A stretch of 64,000 nt of DNA from Octopus bimaculoides (Eukaryota): the NCBI RefSeq assembly GCF_001194135.2, contig NC_068995.1, forward strand, positions 36,576,460 through 36,640,459. The letters run 5' to 3'. The position numbers and the translations under genes are program-made. Of this stretch, positions 25,035-37,815 are shown piece by piece. The notes under the pieces are model-generated. The model worked only from the letters and a program-made list of their open reading frames with translations. It was not told the DNA's origin and ran no database searches. Each line of letters starts with the position of its first letter. Within the stretch, counting starts at the first letter, position 1.

Positions 25035-28000
25035 CACACACATATATACACACACACTACACCAGAATACTACTCAGATAGTGACATTTTAGAGCATGTC
25101 AAGTTTTTAAATGCTGTGAACTTGACAAAGATGAAGCCAACTGTCATGGATCTGTTTCCATTACCATTTCCATTACTTCACAACTGATCAGTCCTGCCTT
25201 CTTCCAACTCCCAATAGCATATAAGTTAAATAACTACCATATTAACCCTAACTCTAACTTGTTTAAAGACATCATGGATATTACAGTTCTACCTGAGAGT
25301 AATTCTTATTCTGTTTCCTTTACTAACTTTGTCATGCCACTGAAAACCTGACATTATAGTTTTAATAGTATGACATTCATGACAACCATCTTAAATTAGA
25401 GGAATTAAGTATATGCAAATGAGAGAAAAATATCAGGATATTAATGCCAAAATACAAACAAGATATTAAGAGAGTGGTGGCCAGCTAATTTTAGTATGTT
25501 GATTGAAAAACAAAAGAGAGAAATTAGCAATCACATAACTATAATTGAGTTTGTGAGTGTTAAATTTAATGTAAAGAAACTAAAACATTGCAAAGAAGCT
25601 ACAAAAAAATATTAAAATTGAATGCTGCAACTATTGACCTTGGAAAGCATTTATCAAAATTCCTTGAGCAATATTTGCTGAGAGAAGGAGAATTTATGAA
25701 TACATGAATAGTCTGGCAGAAAAAAATTACAAAATGGAAAGTTAAATTAAAAAATAAAGCCATAGGCTTTTAAGAGGGAGACATATGTGACCTACTTTGA
25801 ATTATTAAAATGATACCAGATTAGCTATATCTACAGTCAAAATTCTAATTCATGACCTAGTCTCCAATATGAAATTAGAGAACAGCAAAATTAATAGAGC
25901 ACAGGTTTCCAAAGATCTCTCTGTTCTGTCCAAATGGTATGGATATTGCTCAATAGAATAATATATGCTGGGTGGAACTATACCATCAATTTAAAGAGAA
26001 AACTACACAAAAAAATATATATATATATTTATATATGTCCAGAGTTGAGATAAATTAATTCAGTTAAATAACATACAATCTAACAAATAAAATAACACAC
26101 AACTAAAATATATAGGTGAAGGTGTGGCTGTGTGGTAAGAAGCTTGCTTCCTAACCACATGGTTCCGGATTCAGTCCCCCTGTGTGGCACCTTGGGTAGG
26201 TATCTTCTACTACAGCCTTGGGCTGACCAAAGCCTTTGGATTTGGTAGACGGAAACTGAAAGAAGCCTATCATGTGTGTGTGTGTGTGTGTGTGTCTTTG
26301 TCCTCCACCAATGCTTGACAACTGGTGTTGGTGTGTTTACATCCCTATAACCTAACAGTTCCGCAAGAGAGATTAATAGAATAAGTACCAGGCTTTAAAA
26401 ATTAAAGCACTTGGGTCTATTCATTCAACTAAAAAAAAAAAAATTCAAGGCCATGCTCCAGTATGACCACAGTCTACTGACCACACAGCCACACCTTCAC
26501 CTAATATGCTATAAATTGCAAACCTATCCAATTCATATCAGCACATTACAAACAGTTGTTAGATATAATGCTAATAATGATGTATAGCTAAATATCATTT
26601 GTAAACACCCAATGGGGAACAATGATGGGTTTCCAGTGGAGTAACCAAATGGAATGGAATATTACTCAAAACAAACTTGGCCAAAGCACAGTCCTCATAG
26701 CCAAGTTCTTCCCAGTAGTTTCAAATCTGAAGTCAATTTAAGCCAAAGTTATACTGCTACTTCAACTCCAGCTGTAGTACAAAACTTCTACTAGAGCAAC
26801 CTTAACAACAGAGCAACAGCAATCTCTCAGTTCAGATGACTATGGTAAAATCTTCTGAGGTCTAAAGTAGTTCTGAAAACACCTATAATATACAACAGGT
26901 AGTCAGCTGAAAGATTAGGTGCATCCCACAAAACTTGTTCCAGTTATGTTTTCACCAAGCTAGACATCGATACTGCATGCACTGGTTAACTGTATGGTGA
27001 CATAGTGTGACAATTAAGGTATGTTTTATTCTTTCCATAATCCAGTCTATTTTTGTGTGTCTGCAGATTCTGGTTGTTGATAGCTATAGTAGAAAGATGT
27101 AATGTAATGAAGACTCAATCCGAGTGACGACAACTTCTGTCCCTCATCACAAAATTAGAACTTCCATCACAAACTTATGCAAGGTCACCCATGAGATGTC
27201 TTCACTACCATCTCTCTTTTCCAACTGGAGTAAACATGTACCTCCTGTACAGCAAGGTACCCGTTTCTGTCCCTCTATCATACTTTAACCTCTCGTTACC
27301 TCACATAAAGCCATCTTCTTCAATACTGTACCCCACCCAGTTGAGGAATCTTGTCTTGCGAGTTTCTTAGTGACCTCACTGGTGCCACTGCCATGTAGAA
27401 AAACACCCAGTACATTCTGTAAAAGGGTTGGTGTTAGGAAACCATGCCGAAGCATGGAGCTTGGCAGAATCCTTTGACTTGTAAGATGCTGTCAAACCAA
27501 CCAACCCAAACCAGCATGACACACAGACGTTAAATGATGATGTAAGAGCCACTAACTCATCACAGACTATTTAACTCTTGTAATACACTGTCTTATTAAA
27601 TATCTTCAGTGATAATTATTTCCCTAGGTTTTATAACTAAAATGGATTTTGTAATTAACAATTTTCTCGCTATTTTAATGAAAGAAAAGACATAGGTCTC
27701 ATTGTGATAATGCTAATGTAGAAATAATTTGAAGCAGTTGTATTCAAATTTTACCCATGTTTTTTGAATCTCAAAAAGGCTTTGGCTCAACCTCAACAAT
27801 GTTGAAATTATTCTGTAACTACTGTCAAAAAGTGTCACAAAACTAAAATACCAAGCCTTCCTTTTGTAACACTGCATTACTGTAACATTTATCTTAGCAG
27901 CTACTCCAAGTGCTAAATTTAGAGAAGCCCAACTCTAAAATTAACTACACTAGCAATGAAACACACAAAAAAAAAGTCTATTGTAAACAAGTCAAGTAAA

Positions 28001-28580
28001 AGATTTCCATTTCTATTGTGAAAGGTTTTATTTATTTATTTATTTACCTATCTCATCCTCCCCTTTCTGAAGAGGATTGGCACAGAGTTCTTTCCGAAGA
28101 GCTCTGCGCCAGTGCCACATAAAAAGCACCTATGCAGGCACTATGTAATAAGCACCCAGCACACGCTGTAAAGTGGTTAGCGTGAGGAAGGGCAACCAGC
28201 CATAGCAACCATGCCAAATTAGATAGAACCTGGTGCAATTCTACTGCTTGCCAGTTCTGGCCAAACTGTCCAACCCATGTGAGCATGGAAAACGGACGTT
28301 AAATGACGATATCACTGATTTATTACATTTCTTTTGGTGCGAATAACAAGAGAATGTTATTTGGCTTTTTCAATAATGGTTACATCCTTTGCCAATATAC
28401 ATTGGCAAAAACATACACACACACACAGTTTCTGGTGATCAGTTTCCAATCACAAGATAATGGTCAGCCTTAAGGCATGGTAGAAGACAATTCACAAGGT
28501 ATTGCACAGTTGACCTCAACGAAAACTACATAGTTGTAATGCTAACTTCCTAACTACACAGCCTTGTCTTCCTGACAAAG

Positions 28581-28622
<42 letters not shown>

Positions 28623-29840
28623 ATTAGATCAACAGTTGGAGGAAAAAGTGGATGCATTCTCCTGTAGAAATTTTTGGAAAATAAATTTATTAAAATGTCA
28701 AATTTCTCTTTAATAAGAAAAATACTGAATAAAGGAAAAAAAATTAGAAAAAGTCAGCTCTAGAATTCATGCTTCTTTGCTCACAACAGTACTACTTAGC
28801 TATTGATTTAAAAAAAAAACTTGGCTGTATTTGAGACAGGAATATAGATTCAATTAATATATTAATATCAATAATACTGTATAATGAAAGGTCAAAAATC
28901 AACATCAAGCAATCATCTATTTAATATAGGTTTTTATGTATGCACAATGTAGTCAGACCAGTTTGTCAAATTCCCAGTCACTTCAAGTTTGAAAACCAAG
29001 TTTCCTATTAATTTTACATTCTATAACTGACAGACTTCACCATTGAACTTTGCAAAATATTGTGTGTTAGCTTATATTTTCTAGCATACAAGTCAAATTT
29101 CTCAGACAAAAATTTTACAGCCAGAAAAAAAAGTAGGTTGATTAATACATCAAGACAGCTGTGGAGGACCACAAATTTCATGTGAAATGCAGCAGGATTT
29201 GGAAAGATAGTGATGATGTTTGAATGCTTACACTACACATTTATACTATATACTACATTGACTAGAATGCAAAAAAATACAGTATACAGAATGTAACAGT
29301 GAAATTTCCTTAGCATTTTAAAAGATGAATATTCTTTTCAGATGTCATCTAAGATACTATCATATCCAATTAATAAATTTTTCGGCATTGTACAGGCAGT
29401 TCATACTCATTTAAGATTAATTATGTCAATTTAATAATATCTATATCAAGAGTTTATTTGAAATGTTCTATAAACTTTTCTATATATTCATATATATTTA
29501 TACATAGATGTCAAAATGATGAAGACAATTATGTAACTAATATCATACAGCAGTCATTCACATAGTGAAACACAATTTCATAGATCAATGTTTAAGATAC
29601 ATATCCAATTGCAAAATAAATATTGATGAATATGGTTACAGGTTCAGTTTTCAGTCCCACTAAGTGGTATTTTGGGCAAGTGTCTTCTACCATAACACTA
29701 GCCCAACCAAAGCCTACTGAGTGAATTTGGTGGACAGAGACTGAAAGAAGCCCATCAGATATGTGTGTGTGTGTGCACACACATAATAGCTAATGCCTCC
29801 TTATCTTGACATCACATTATATTGGGCTGGAAACATTTTA

Positions 29841-31094
29841 TTGGGTTGGCCACTAAGTTCCCGCATTTTTTTAAATTTTGGAATTTATTGCGTCTTTAAA
29901 TTTTGGAATCTATTTTTTTCGAGAATTCTATTTTTGAATCATTTTGGAATCTATTTTGCTTTTTTTCTAGTTAATTTTAGTTAATTTTTGTTTATTTTCA
30001 GATCATTAAAATGGAATGACAAGTTAAGAAAAACAAGCATTTTCGACACCTTTTTGCTTTTAATCAAGGTTCTAAGACTGCAAAAGCTGCTCGCGACATT
30101 TGTGCTGTGTATGGGGAGGGTGCCACAGCTCGTGATTGGTATGCCAAGTTCAAAAATGGAAATTTTGACCTCAAAGGCGCACCTCATTCTGGCTGTCTAG
30201 TTGAGTTTGATGAAGAGCGATAAAACCAACTTTTGCATGAAGATTCTCGTCAAATAACAAGGAAACTGGCAGAGAAAATGGAATGCTCCCACACTGCTAT
30301 ACAGAAGCATCTTCACTCGATGGGAAAGATTCAGAAGTATGGAGCATGGGTTCTGCATGCTTTAAGTGACAACAACAAAAATCAACAAGCCATAATCTCC
30401 GCTGGTTTGCTTGCTCATCACCGCTCAACTCATGGACAAAAGCAACAATTTCTTTACCGAATTGTTACTGGCGACCAAAAATGGTGCCTGTACATCAATA
30501 TGAAGCAGCGTAAGGAATAGCTAAGCCCCAGTAAACAAGCAACACCGCACATGAAACAAGATCTTCATCCACGTAAAACGATGTTGTGAGTATAGTGGGA
30601 CTGGGAAGGGATTTATCCATTACAAATTGCTTGAACGGAACCAAACAGTCAATGCAGTACTTTATGGAATGACTCAACATGGCTATTCCAGAGAAAAGAC
30701 CTAATCAGCAGCATGGAGTTCTGCTGCTGCACGACAATGCCCACCCTCATATCGCTAATATGACCAAGGAAGCCATTTAAATGCATGGCTGGGAAGTGCT
30801 GCCACACCTGCCGTACTCTCCTGATTTGGCACCAACGGATTTCCACCTCTTTCAAATGCTATGCGTGGAATTTCGTTCAATACTGATGCAGAATTGAGAG
30901 TTTGGTTGGATCAATTTTTCGAGTCGAAATCAGGTGATTTCTACCAATGAGGTATAGAAACTCTTGTTGAACATTGGGAAGAAGTTGTAAACAACTAGGG
31001 TGAATATATTATTGATTAATTAGTTTTTTTTTTTATTAAACCTTTAAAAAAATTTAAATTTTTAAAAATGGTGAGAACTTAATTGCCAACCCAA
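29841..31094 (+). mobile_element. Full-length, inactivated mariner (DD34D) transposon
   Basis: TIRs ttgggttggccactaagttc / gaacttaattgccaacccaa with flanking TA. Peptides IVTGDQKW, HDNAHPH and YSPDLAPTD with 34 residues between the last two Asp. Stops and frameshifts present. Confidence 0.92.
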
Positions 31095-31201
31095 TAGTTG
31101 TAAATGAATGTCACCGTCATACAGCAGTGTCCTCCACTGTCAACTTACCATGTAAAATATGTCTGGCCATGGGGAAATATTACCTTACTTGGAAACATGT
31201 A

Positions 31202-32068
31202 CAAAGGGGTACCCAAAAGTAACCAGAAACATTCTATGTGTGATAAGCCTGTTGTAGTTCAGGTTTCTGTCATTAGAAGCCACTTGATGTGATCCTCAGT
31301 CATCAGTCTGCAAACTGGAAGTGTCAGGTGAAGTCATACTACCACATGATGATCTTTGTTTTGCAGTGCTTCTTCCCTGTTCATCGATTTTTGCGATGGC
31401 TGAAAGGAAGGAACAGCATGCTTCTGCAAAATTTTGGTGAAAACAGTGGCTCAAACAGCTTACAAGGATGCCGCCATGAGCAAAACACAAGTTTACAAAT
31501 GGTTTCCATGCTTTAGGAATGGTCACTTGAAGACTAACCTCATTCAGGACAACCATCAACCTCCTGCATGAAAACATGAAAATTCATGAACTGATCTTGG
31601 AGGACCATTATCGAACAATTGATGAACTTGTTGATATAACTGGTGTGTCCTGGAGCTCCTGCCAACAAATTTTGAGTGAGGAATTGTGAATGAAAAGAGT
31701 TGCAGTAAAACTTGTGCCTTGCTTGCTCACAGAAGATCAAAAACAGTCGCAACTGAATGCATGTCGTGAACTGAAAGAACAGTTGGAAGTTGATCCAGAC
31801 CTTTTTTTGAAGATCATCACTGGTGATAAAAGCTGGTGCTATGGAATTTGCAGATGTGGAAGAGATGAGTGAGGAAAAAAAACAATGGAAGTGTTAAAAG
31901 CATCACTTCGCAAGAGTTCCAGCACTGCTTCGAATAGTGGAAAATGTGCCTGGACCAATGCATTGCTTCAAATGGAGAGTACTTTGAAGGTGATAAAAGT
32001 GTAAACATGTAAAACTGAGTGAATAAAATAACAGTGGAAAATTCGGGTTTCTTTTGGGTACCCCCTTG
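31202..32068 (+). mobile_element. Internally deleted mariner inserted into a SINE
   Basis: TIRs caaaggggtacccaaaag / cttttgggtacccccttg with TA duplication. Peptides MKRVAVKLVPCLLTEDQK and IITGDKSWCY. Confidence 0.88.
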
Positions 32069-33252
32069 TAGTAAAGGTTGGCAGGAGAAAGGATAGCTGG
32101 CCATAGAAAATATGCCTCAACAAATTCTGTCCAACCTGTGCAAACATGGAAAAGTGGACATGATGATGATATATGGATCTATCATGGCTTCAATCACAAG
32201 GTCTCAGGTTTGCTCCTACTGAATAATATCTAGGGCAAGTCTCTTTTACAATAGCCTTGGCTAACCCAAGCACTTTGAAAGGGAGTGAATCAATGGAGAT
32301 TGTGTGAAAGCTCAGTGAATGGATTGCACTTGTAATTTCAAAGGTTCAACTCTGTCATACATTCTGTTACACTGATTCTGTTGAGAATTATCTTGTGCTT
32401 ATGGAATACTTACCTGCTTACATGCTAATTCAGTGAGTAATTATCCTAGTTGATCAAACAAATGAAGACTGATACATGTGTCAATGGAATACACAGCCAT
32501 TTACATGCTAATTCAATGAGCAGGTATTTCAGTTGATCAAATAACTGGATACTCATTGCCAAAAGTCAGGGTCCATTACTTATGCATACAAATATAAGGT
32601 GTCGAAACTGTGAGATTCCTTAGTGAGAAAACTGATGAGAGTCAAATTTCCTTTTGTTCTTTGTCCATTTTCCATTTCTTTATGCATGTCTGTCAGTGTG
32701 TGTATGTGTACTTTATTTTATAGCTAGACAGAAAATATTCTTTGTAAATGCTGTTAGCAAGTGGCTCAATAAAAATGAAGAGACAGATCCAGAGTAATCA
32801 TATGTACAGTAATTTTTTTCTTTCTACTTACTAGGCCTGGAAAAAGGGGTATTGCCCATGACCGTTACAGGCCCAAAGAAAGATGATGAGATTGATGTCA
32901 TTAATGTTCCATTTTGCAAGTTGATTGACGTAAGCAAGATTTCAGAAGGATTGATGTAAGCAAGATTTCAGAAGCTCAATGTTTGCAGAATGAAGGGTGG
33001 GTATTGTGGTTAGTGTAGGACCTGAAGTGTTGAAGACAACAAGGGTAATGAGAGGAGGGGGAGACAAGTAAATTGGGAGTGGATGGGTAGAGAAAACACA
33101 AGACTAGACAAACCTGTAGAACAGGAGTGATTATACTAGAGACAAAAGACAGCACACCTGTGACCAGAGATTGAAATGTATTTGCGATTTTATACCTATA
33201 AAGAGACACATGAAAGTGAAATCAAACCACACACACACATATATATAAAATA

Positions 33253-33484
33253 GTGTACATTTAACCACAAGAGAAAACTACCTTCAACAGGCAGTTTTTG
33301 CATGCTAGAAGTAGTCAAAAACAAGCAAAACCACATTTAAGAGCAATCTTCAAAAGGAAGTTTTGATTTTTCATTCCTTTTGAAGATTGCTCTTACATGT
33401 GGTCTTGATCATTTTTGACTACTACTTCTAGCATGCAAAAAACTGCCTGTTGAAGGTAGTTTTCTCTTGTGTTTAAATGTACAC
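33253..33484. repeat. Foldback (palindromic) element: ~107/111-bp inverted arms, ~14-nt loop
   Basis: 33253-33359 is near-identical to the reverse complement of 33374-33484, with a few substitutions and small indels. Confidence 0.9.
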
Positions 33485-33757
33485 NNNNNNNNNNNNNNNN
33501 NNNNNNNNNNNNNNNNNNNNNNNNNNNNNNNNNNNNNNNNNNNNNNNNNNNNNNNNNNNNNNNNNNNNNNNNNNNNNNNNNNNNNNNNNNNNNNNNNNNN
33601 NNNNNNNNNNNNNNNNNNNNNNNNNNNNNNNNNNNNNNNNNNNNNNNNNNNNNNNNNNNNNNNNNNNNNNNNNNNNNNNNNNNNNNNNNNNNNNNNNNNN
33701 NNNNNNNNNNNNNNNNNNNNNNNNNNNNNNNNNNNNNNNNNNNNNNNNNNNNNAGAA

Positions 33758-33806
<49 letters not shown>

Positions 33807-34060
33807 CCCCTTTTGAGACCAATAAAATAAACACTAGTTGAGCACTAGGGCTAATGTAAGCAACTAACTCCATCCAATTAAAATTGCTGGCTTTGTGCCA
33901 GAATTTGAAATCATTATTATAATTTCAAACGCTGCCAAGGTCAACTTTGCCTTTCAATCTTTCAGAATCAATGAAATAAGTACCAACTGAGCACAGGGAT
34001 TGATGTAATCAACTAAATTCATTCAGAATATTTCAATTAAGGTCTTAAAGAACCTTTATA

Positions 34061-34543
34061 TGACAGGGTGCTGAAAAGTTCCTGGCTTTAAGAGTATTGT
34101 GAAAGGTCTGGTTGGAGGCCCAATCTCTCAAGTTCTTTTACAGGGTTTAGAAAAATTGAAGGAACACTGCAATAAGTGTGTGAATCTGAGAGGGGAATAA
34201 AAAGATAAAGAGCAAAGACCCCTTTTGGTCATGAATGACCATGGAATTGCACTTAGAAAGTTCCTCCGAGGCTCAAGTACGGGCAAAGTTGTTTCCAGAA
34301 GACCAGCAGTTGTCCATGCATATCAACCTCCCCTCTCCACACCACCTATGTTATCCAAGGGAAAGGTAAAGGCCAATACAGTGTAGCACCAGCAACATCG
34401 CAACTCATTTCTACAGCTGAGTGAACTGGAGCAACGTGAAATACAGTGTGTTGCTCAAGAAAACAACAGATAGCCCAGTTCGGGAATTGAACTTACTACG
34501 TTGGTCTTTTATCCAAAGCCAGGAACTTTTCAGCACCCCTTCA
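34061..34543. mobile_element. Mariner-derived MITE with an internal SINE-like insertion
   Basis: TIR core gggtgctgaaaagttcctggcttt / aaagccaggaacttttcagcaccc with flanking TA. Unrelated SINE-like sequence at ~34205-34500. Confidence 0.75.
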
Positions 34544-36273
34544 TATTTAATCTCCAGTTCAAAATATCCATGTGTTGTGTGATTTAACCCTTTAGTGTTC
34601 AGATTACTTCGTTAAATGTAGTGCTTATTTGTTCACGTTGTTTTGAATCAATCATGTATTATCTCAGCTTTGAGATATTTTGATGATGTGATTGTTTATT
34701 TTTAAACGTAAGAGGCCAGGTCTGGCTGGTTTGAACATAAAAAGTGGAAGAATATTTGGGCCAGATACAGTTGGTTTAAATACTAAAGGATTAACACTAG
34801 GCATTTAGTTGTATTAGTACTAAGAAATCTAAGTTTGTAAATTTATTGATTTATCCAATCATGTAATGTTGTGTAGCTATGAAGCTTTATGAGCTTAACA
34901 TTTGTTGAAATTTGAATTCACAATGGCTTAGTGGATAAGCTATTAGTTTCTTCAGTAATATTCTTAATATTTCAATACATATTGCCATTGGATGTTGTGT
35001 TGTATCCTTAGGTAACACACTTACCTGATTTGATCTGTGTTCATATGGACTCAATATGAATATAAAAACAACATAGTTGTAAGCATTGATCAATTTGAAA
35101 ACTAATGAGCAATTAAATAGCTTGATGTTTAGATTGTTTTTTTTGACAGCTGCCTAGTGTAGCTGTAATGTTTGTTATCATGTTGAACAGTCTAAATATA
35201 TCCCTGGGTGTAATGATAATGAGGTGATAATATCAAGAATGAAATGTAGAAATCTTATGTTATGGGAAGACTAAACACACTGATTTGGTTGTGTATTGGC
35301 TTATTGGTTGAAGAAGTAACAGTTTTGTCTACGCTCACTGACATTGTTGTCTCTCTAGTAAAATGAATGCTAAAGAGTTTATATTAACCCATGCCAAAAT
35401 GAGACAAAAGAATTTTTAAAAAGCTGTGAGGGAATTTGTTTCTCTCTTAATTTTCAAGCTACATTAAGTGAGTTGTGACCCTAAACATTTAGGAATAAAG
35501 ACTAAATCTTAACACTTTCAACACTAGGCTACCCCAAACCTCTCTCTCTGGAGTCTGTTCAAATTTAAATGAAAATCTTTGACTGAAATCTCTATTACAT
35601 TTCAGATATTAGATTTCAGCAAGTAAATTTGTTCCTCATTGAGTCTAAAGCCTAGTTATTCACAAACCTCTTGTAATTCTTGATTAATTTTAAAATTAAA
35701 ACATAAGGCATTATATTCACATCAGAAAATATGGTCACAAAAGGTCAAGCTATCCAACACCTTTTAAAGTGGAATAAATGGCTAAACCTATTTAGTTCAG
35801 TCTTGTATTTATTACCTTATTTCTTTCCTTTTTTTTTTTTTTTCTTAACTGTAACTAATAAGTTATTTGCAATAAAGCCACTCTTTGAAATTTTGATAGA
35901 AAACAAAACCTGCCAAGTGCAAACTGCCAAGACTTAATGCTCCCGAAGGGAAATGCTACAGAATTGTAGTAGACAACCTAAATGATCTGTTACCATTCAA
36001 TTTGACATTTGGCACTGAACAAACCATCGATTGCTGCCAAATTTTCAGTTTGATAGCTGTGAGGTAGCTAGAGTATGTACTGAGCCCTATAGTTTGCTGG
36101 TATCCTTCCTCAAACCTATACAGGCTTATACAGTGCTGCCCTATAAAAACACCACTTGGGGTAGACTGTGTTCCCCTTGACCCCTCCCTCATTACCTCTC
36201 CCATCCTGTTATGCTACAGCTAGACAGTGAACATAGCATATATTTGTAAAAATATGTGGCATTTTAAAAATTA

Positions 36274-37555
36274 TGAGGTGGCATCAAAATTTCCCAAACT
36301 GTTTCTGTGGTGCGACAACAGATGGCTGTACATGGTAGCATGCAAGCAGTGACCTTCGTGACGCAGTGTATTGACATCACTGGATCTATTTTGCAAGTTG
36401 TGAAATTTGTTTTTGTGATCATGGGTATGCTGTAGTCTGCAATTTCATCATAGACAGGAAGTTGGAACAAAGAGCCAACATGAAATTTTGTGTTAAACTC
36501 GGGAAGTCTGCTACAGAGACATTGAGCATGCTTTGGCAAGCTTACGGCAACAAGGCAATTGGTTGGATGCAATGTTTTTAATGGCACAGGCACTTCAAAA
36601 GTAGAGGAACATCCCTGGAAGATGACAAACAGTCTGGAAGCCCTGCCATGAATGTCTCCCCTGGAAAGGTGGAGAAAATTCATCAGCTTGTGCATGAGGA
36701 TTGTCTGAGGACAACGAATGACATTACTGACGTTGTTGGTCTGTTGTATGGGTCCATGCAAGCTATCCTAACATCTAAATTGAACATGCAGCATGTCTCT
36801 GCCAAGTTTGTCCACTGCCTGCTGACCAGAGCAGAAAGATCATCATGTCAAAGTCTGTCAAGATCTTTGTCAGTGTGCCACTGATGACCCATCTTTCATG
36901 TCAAAGATCATCACTGGTCTGGTGATGAGAGTTGAGTCTACAGGTACAACCCTGAGATGAAGCAGCAGACGTCACAATGGAAGATGAAAGAGGCCTTCAT
37001 CTACATGACCGAAGAAGAGCCTAATCATCATTTCTTTCGATATCGACAGTATTGCATATCAAGGATTTGTCCCCCAGAATCAGACCATCAATCTAGAGTT
37101 CTACTGTGAGGCTTTGAAGCATTGGAGAGAGGATATTCGGCAAAAACGACCGGATCTGTGGAGCACAAAGAATTGGATTCTTCACGACAACAATGCACCC
37201 AGTCACCGAGCTCTCCTCACCTGTGAGTTTTTTGCCAAAAACAACATTGTATCACTTCCACACTCGCCCTATTCACCAGCTTTAGTACCTGTGGACTTCT
37301 ATCTCTTCCCGAAGATGAAAATGTAGTTCAAAGGTTGCCATTTTAACACTGTTGTCAAGATCCAGAGCAAATCACAGAAGGTCCTCAACTTGCTTACAGA
37401 AAACGACTTCTAGGCTGAATTCCAAAAGTAGCAGGAATGTAGGACTGGTATATTGCTGCACAAGGTGACTATTTCGAAGATGATATAAAAGCTTGGGTGA
37501 ATAAGTTAGTTTTTATTAAACATAACTAGTCCAGGAACCTTTTGATACCACCTTG
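36274..37555 (+). mobile_element. Full-length, inactivated mariner transposon
   Basis: Diverged TIRs gaggtggcatcaaaa / ttttgataccacct with flanking TA. Peptides EQRANMKFCVKLGKSATET, VSAKFVHCLL, ILHDNNAPSH and PHSPYSPALVPVDFYLFPKMK. Confidence 0.9.
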
Positions 37556-37783
37556 TATAATGACAAATTGACCTGAAGTGAAGCAGGAAGAGACTAGTGC
37601 CTTGCATAATGCCTTGCCCAGAGTTGACCCAGTAATTCAATACATATTCATGGTCAAGGAAATGAGTCTGTAACAAATAAAAGCCACGATGTAAAGAAAT
37701 ACCAGCCATTACTGCTGACATCACAATAAGTTCTCTTGATATCCTTTCACTAAAGCAAGTAATAAAGAACCAATTATAATTAC

Positions 37784-37815
37784 CGTCGGTTTCGTTCTTC
37801 TACAGTTTCAAACTC
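37784..37815 (-). CDS. OSBPL11: OSBPL10/11-like gene, exon 2, 32-nt microexon (EFETVEERNR+CG)
   Basis: Very strong acceptor (long poly-T then GCAG) and donor CG/GTAATT. Phase 0 in and phase 2 out, exactly bridging exon 1 and exon 3. The peptide continues the SHD1 helix pattern (..RAKExExxEE..). Confidence 0.8.

Noticed and set aside
26560-27230. GC-richer, coding-looking stretch with ILVVDSYSRK (integrase-like)
   Set aside because: Too degenerate to assign. Probably old TE debris with no sustained frame.
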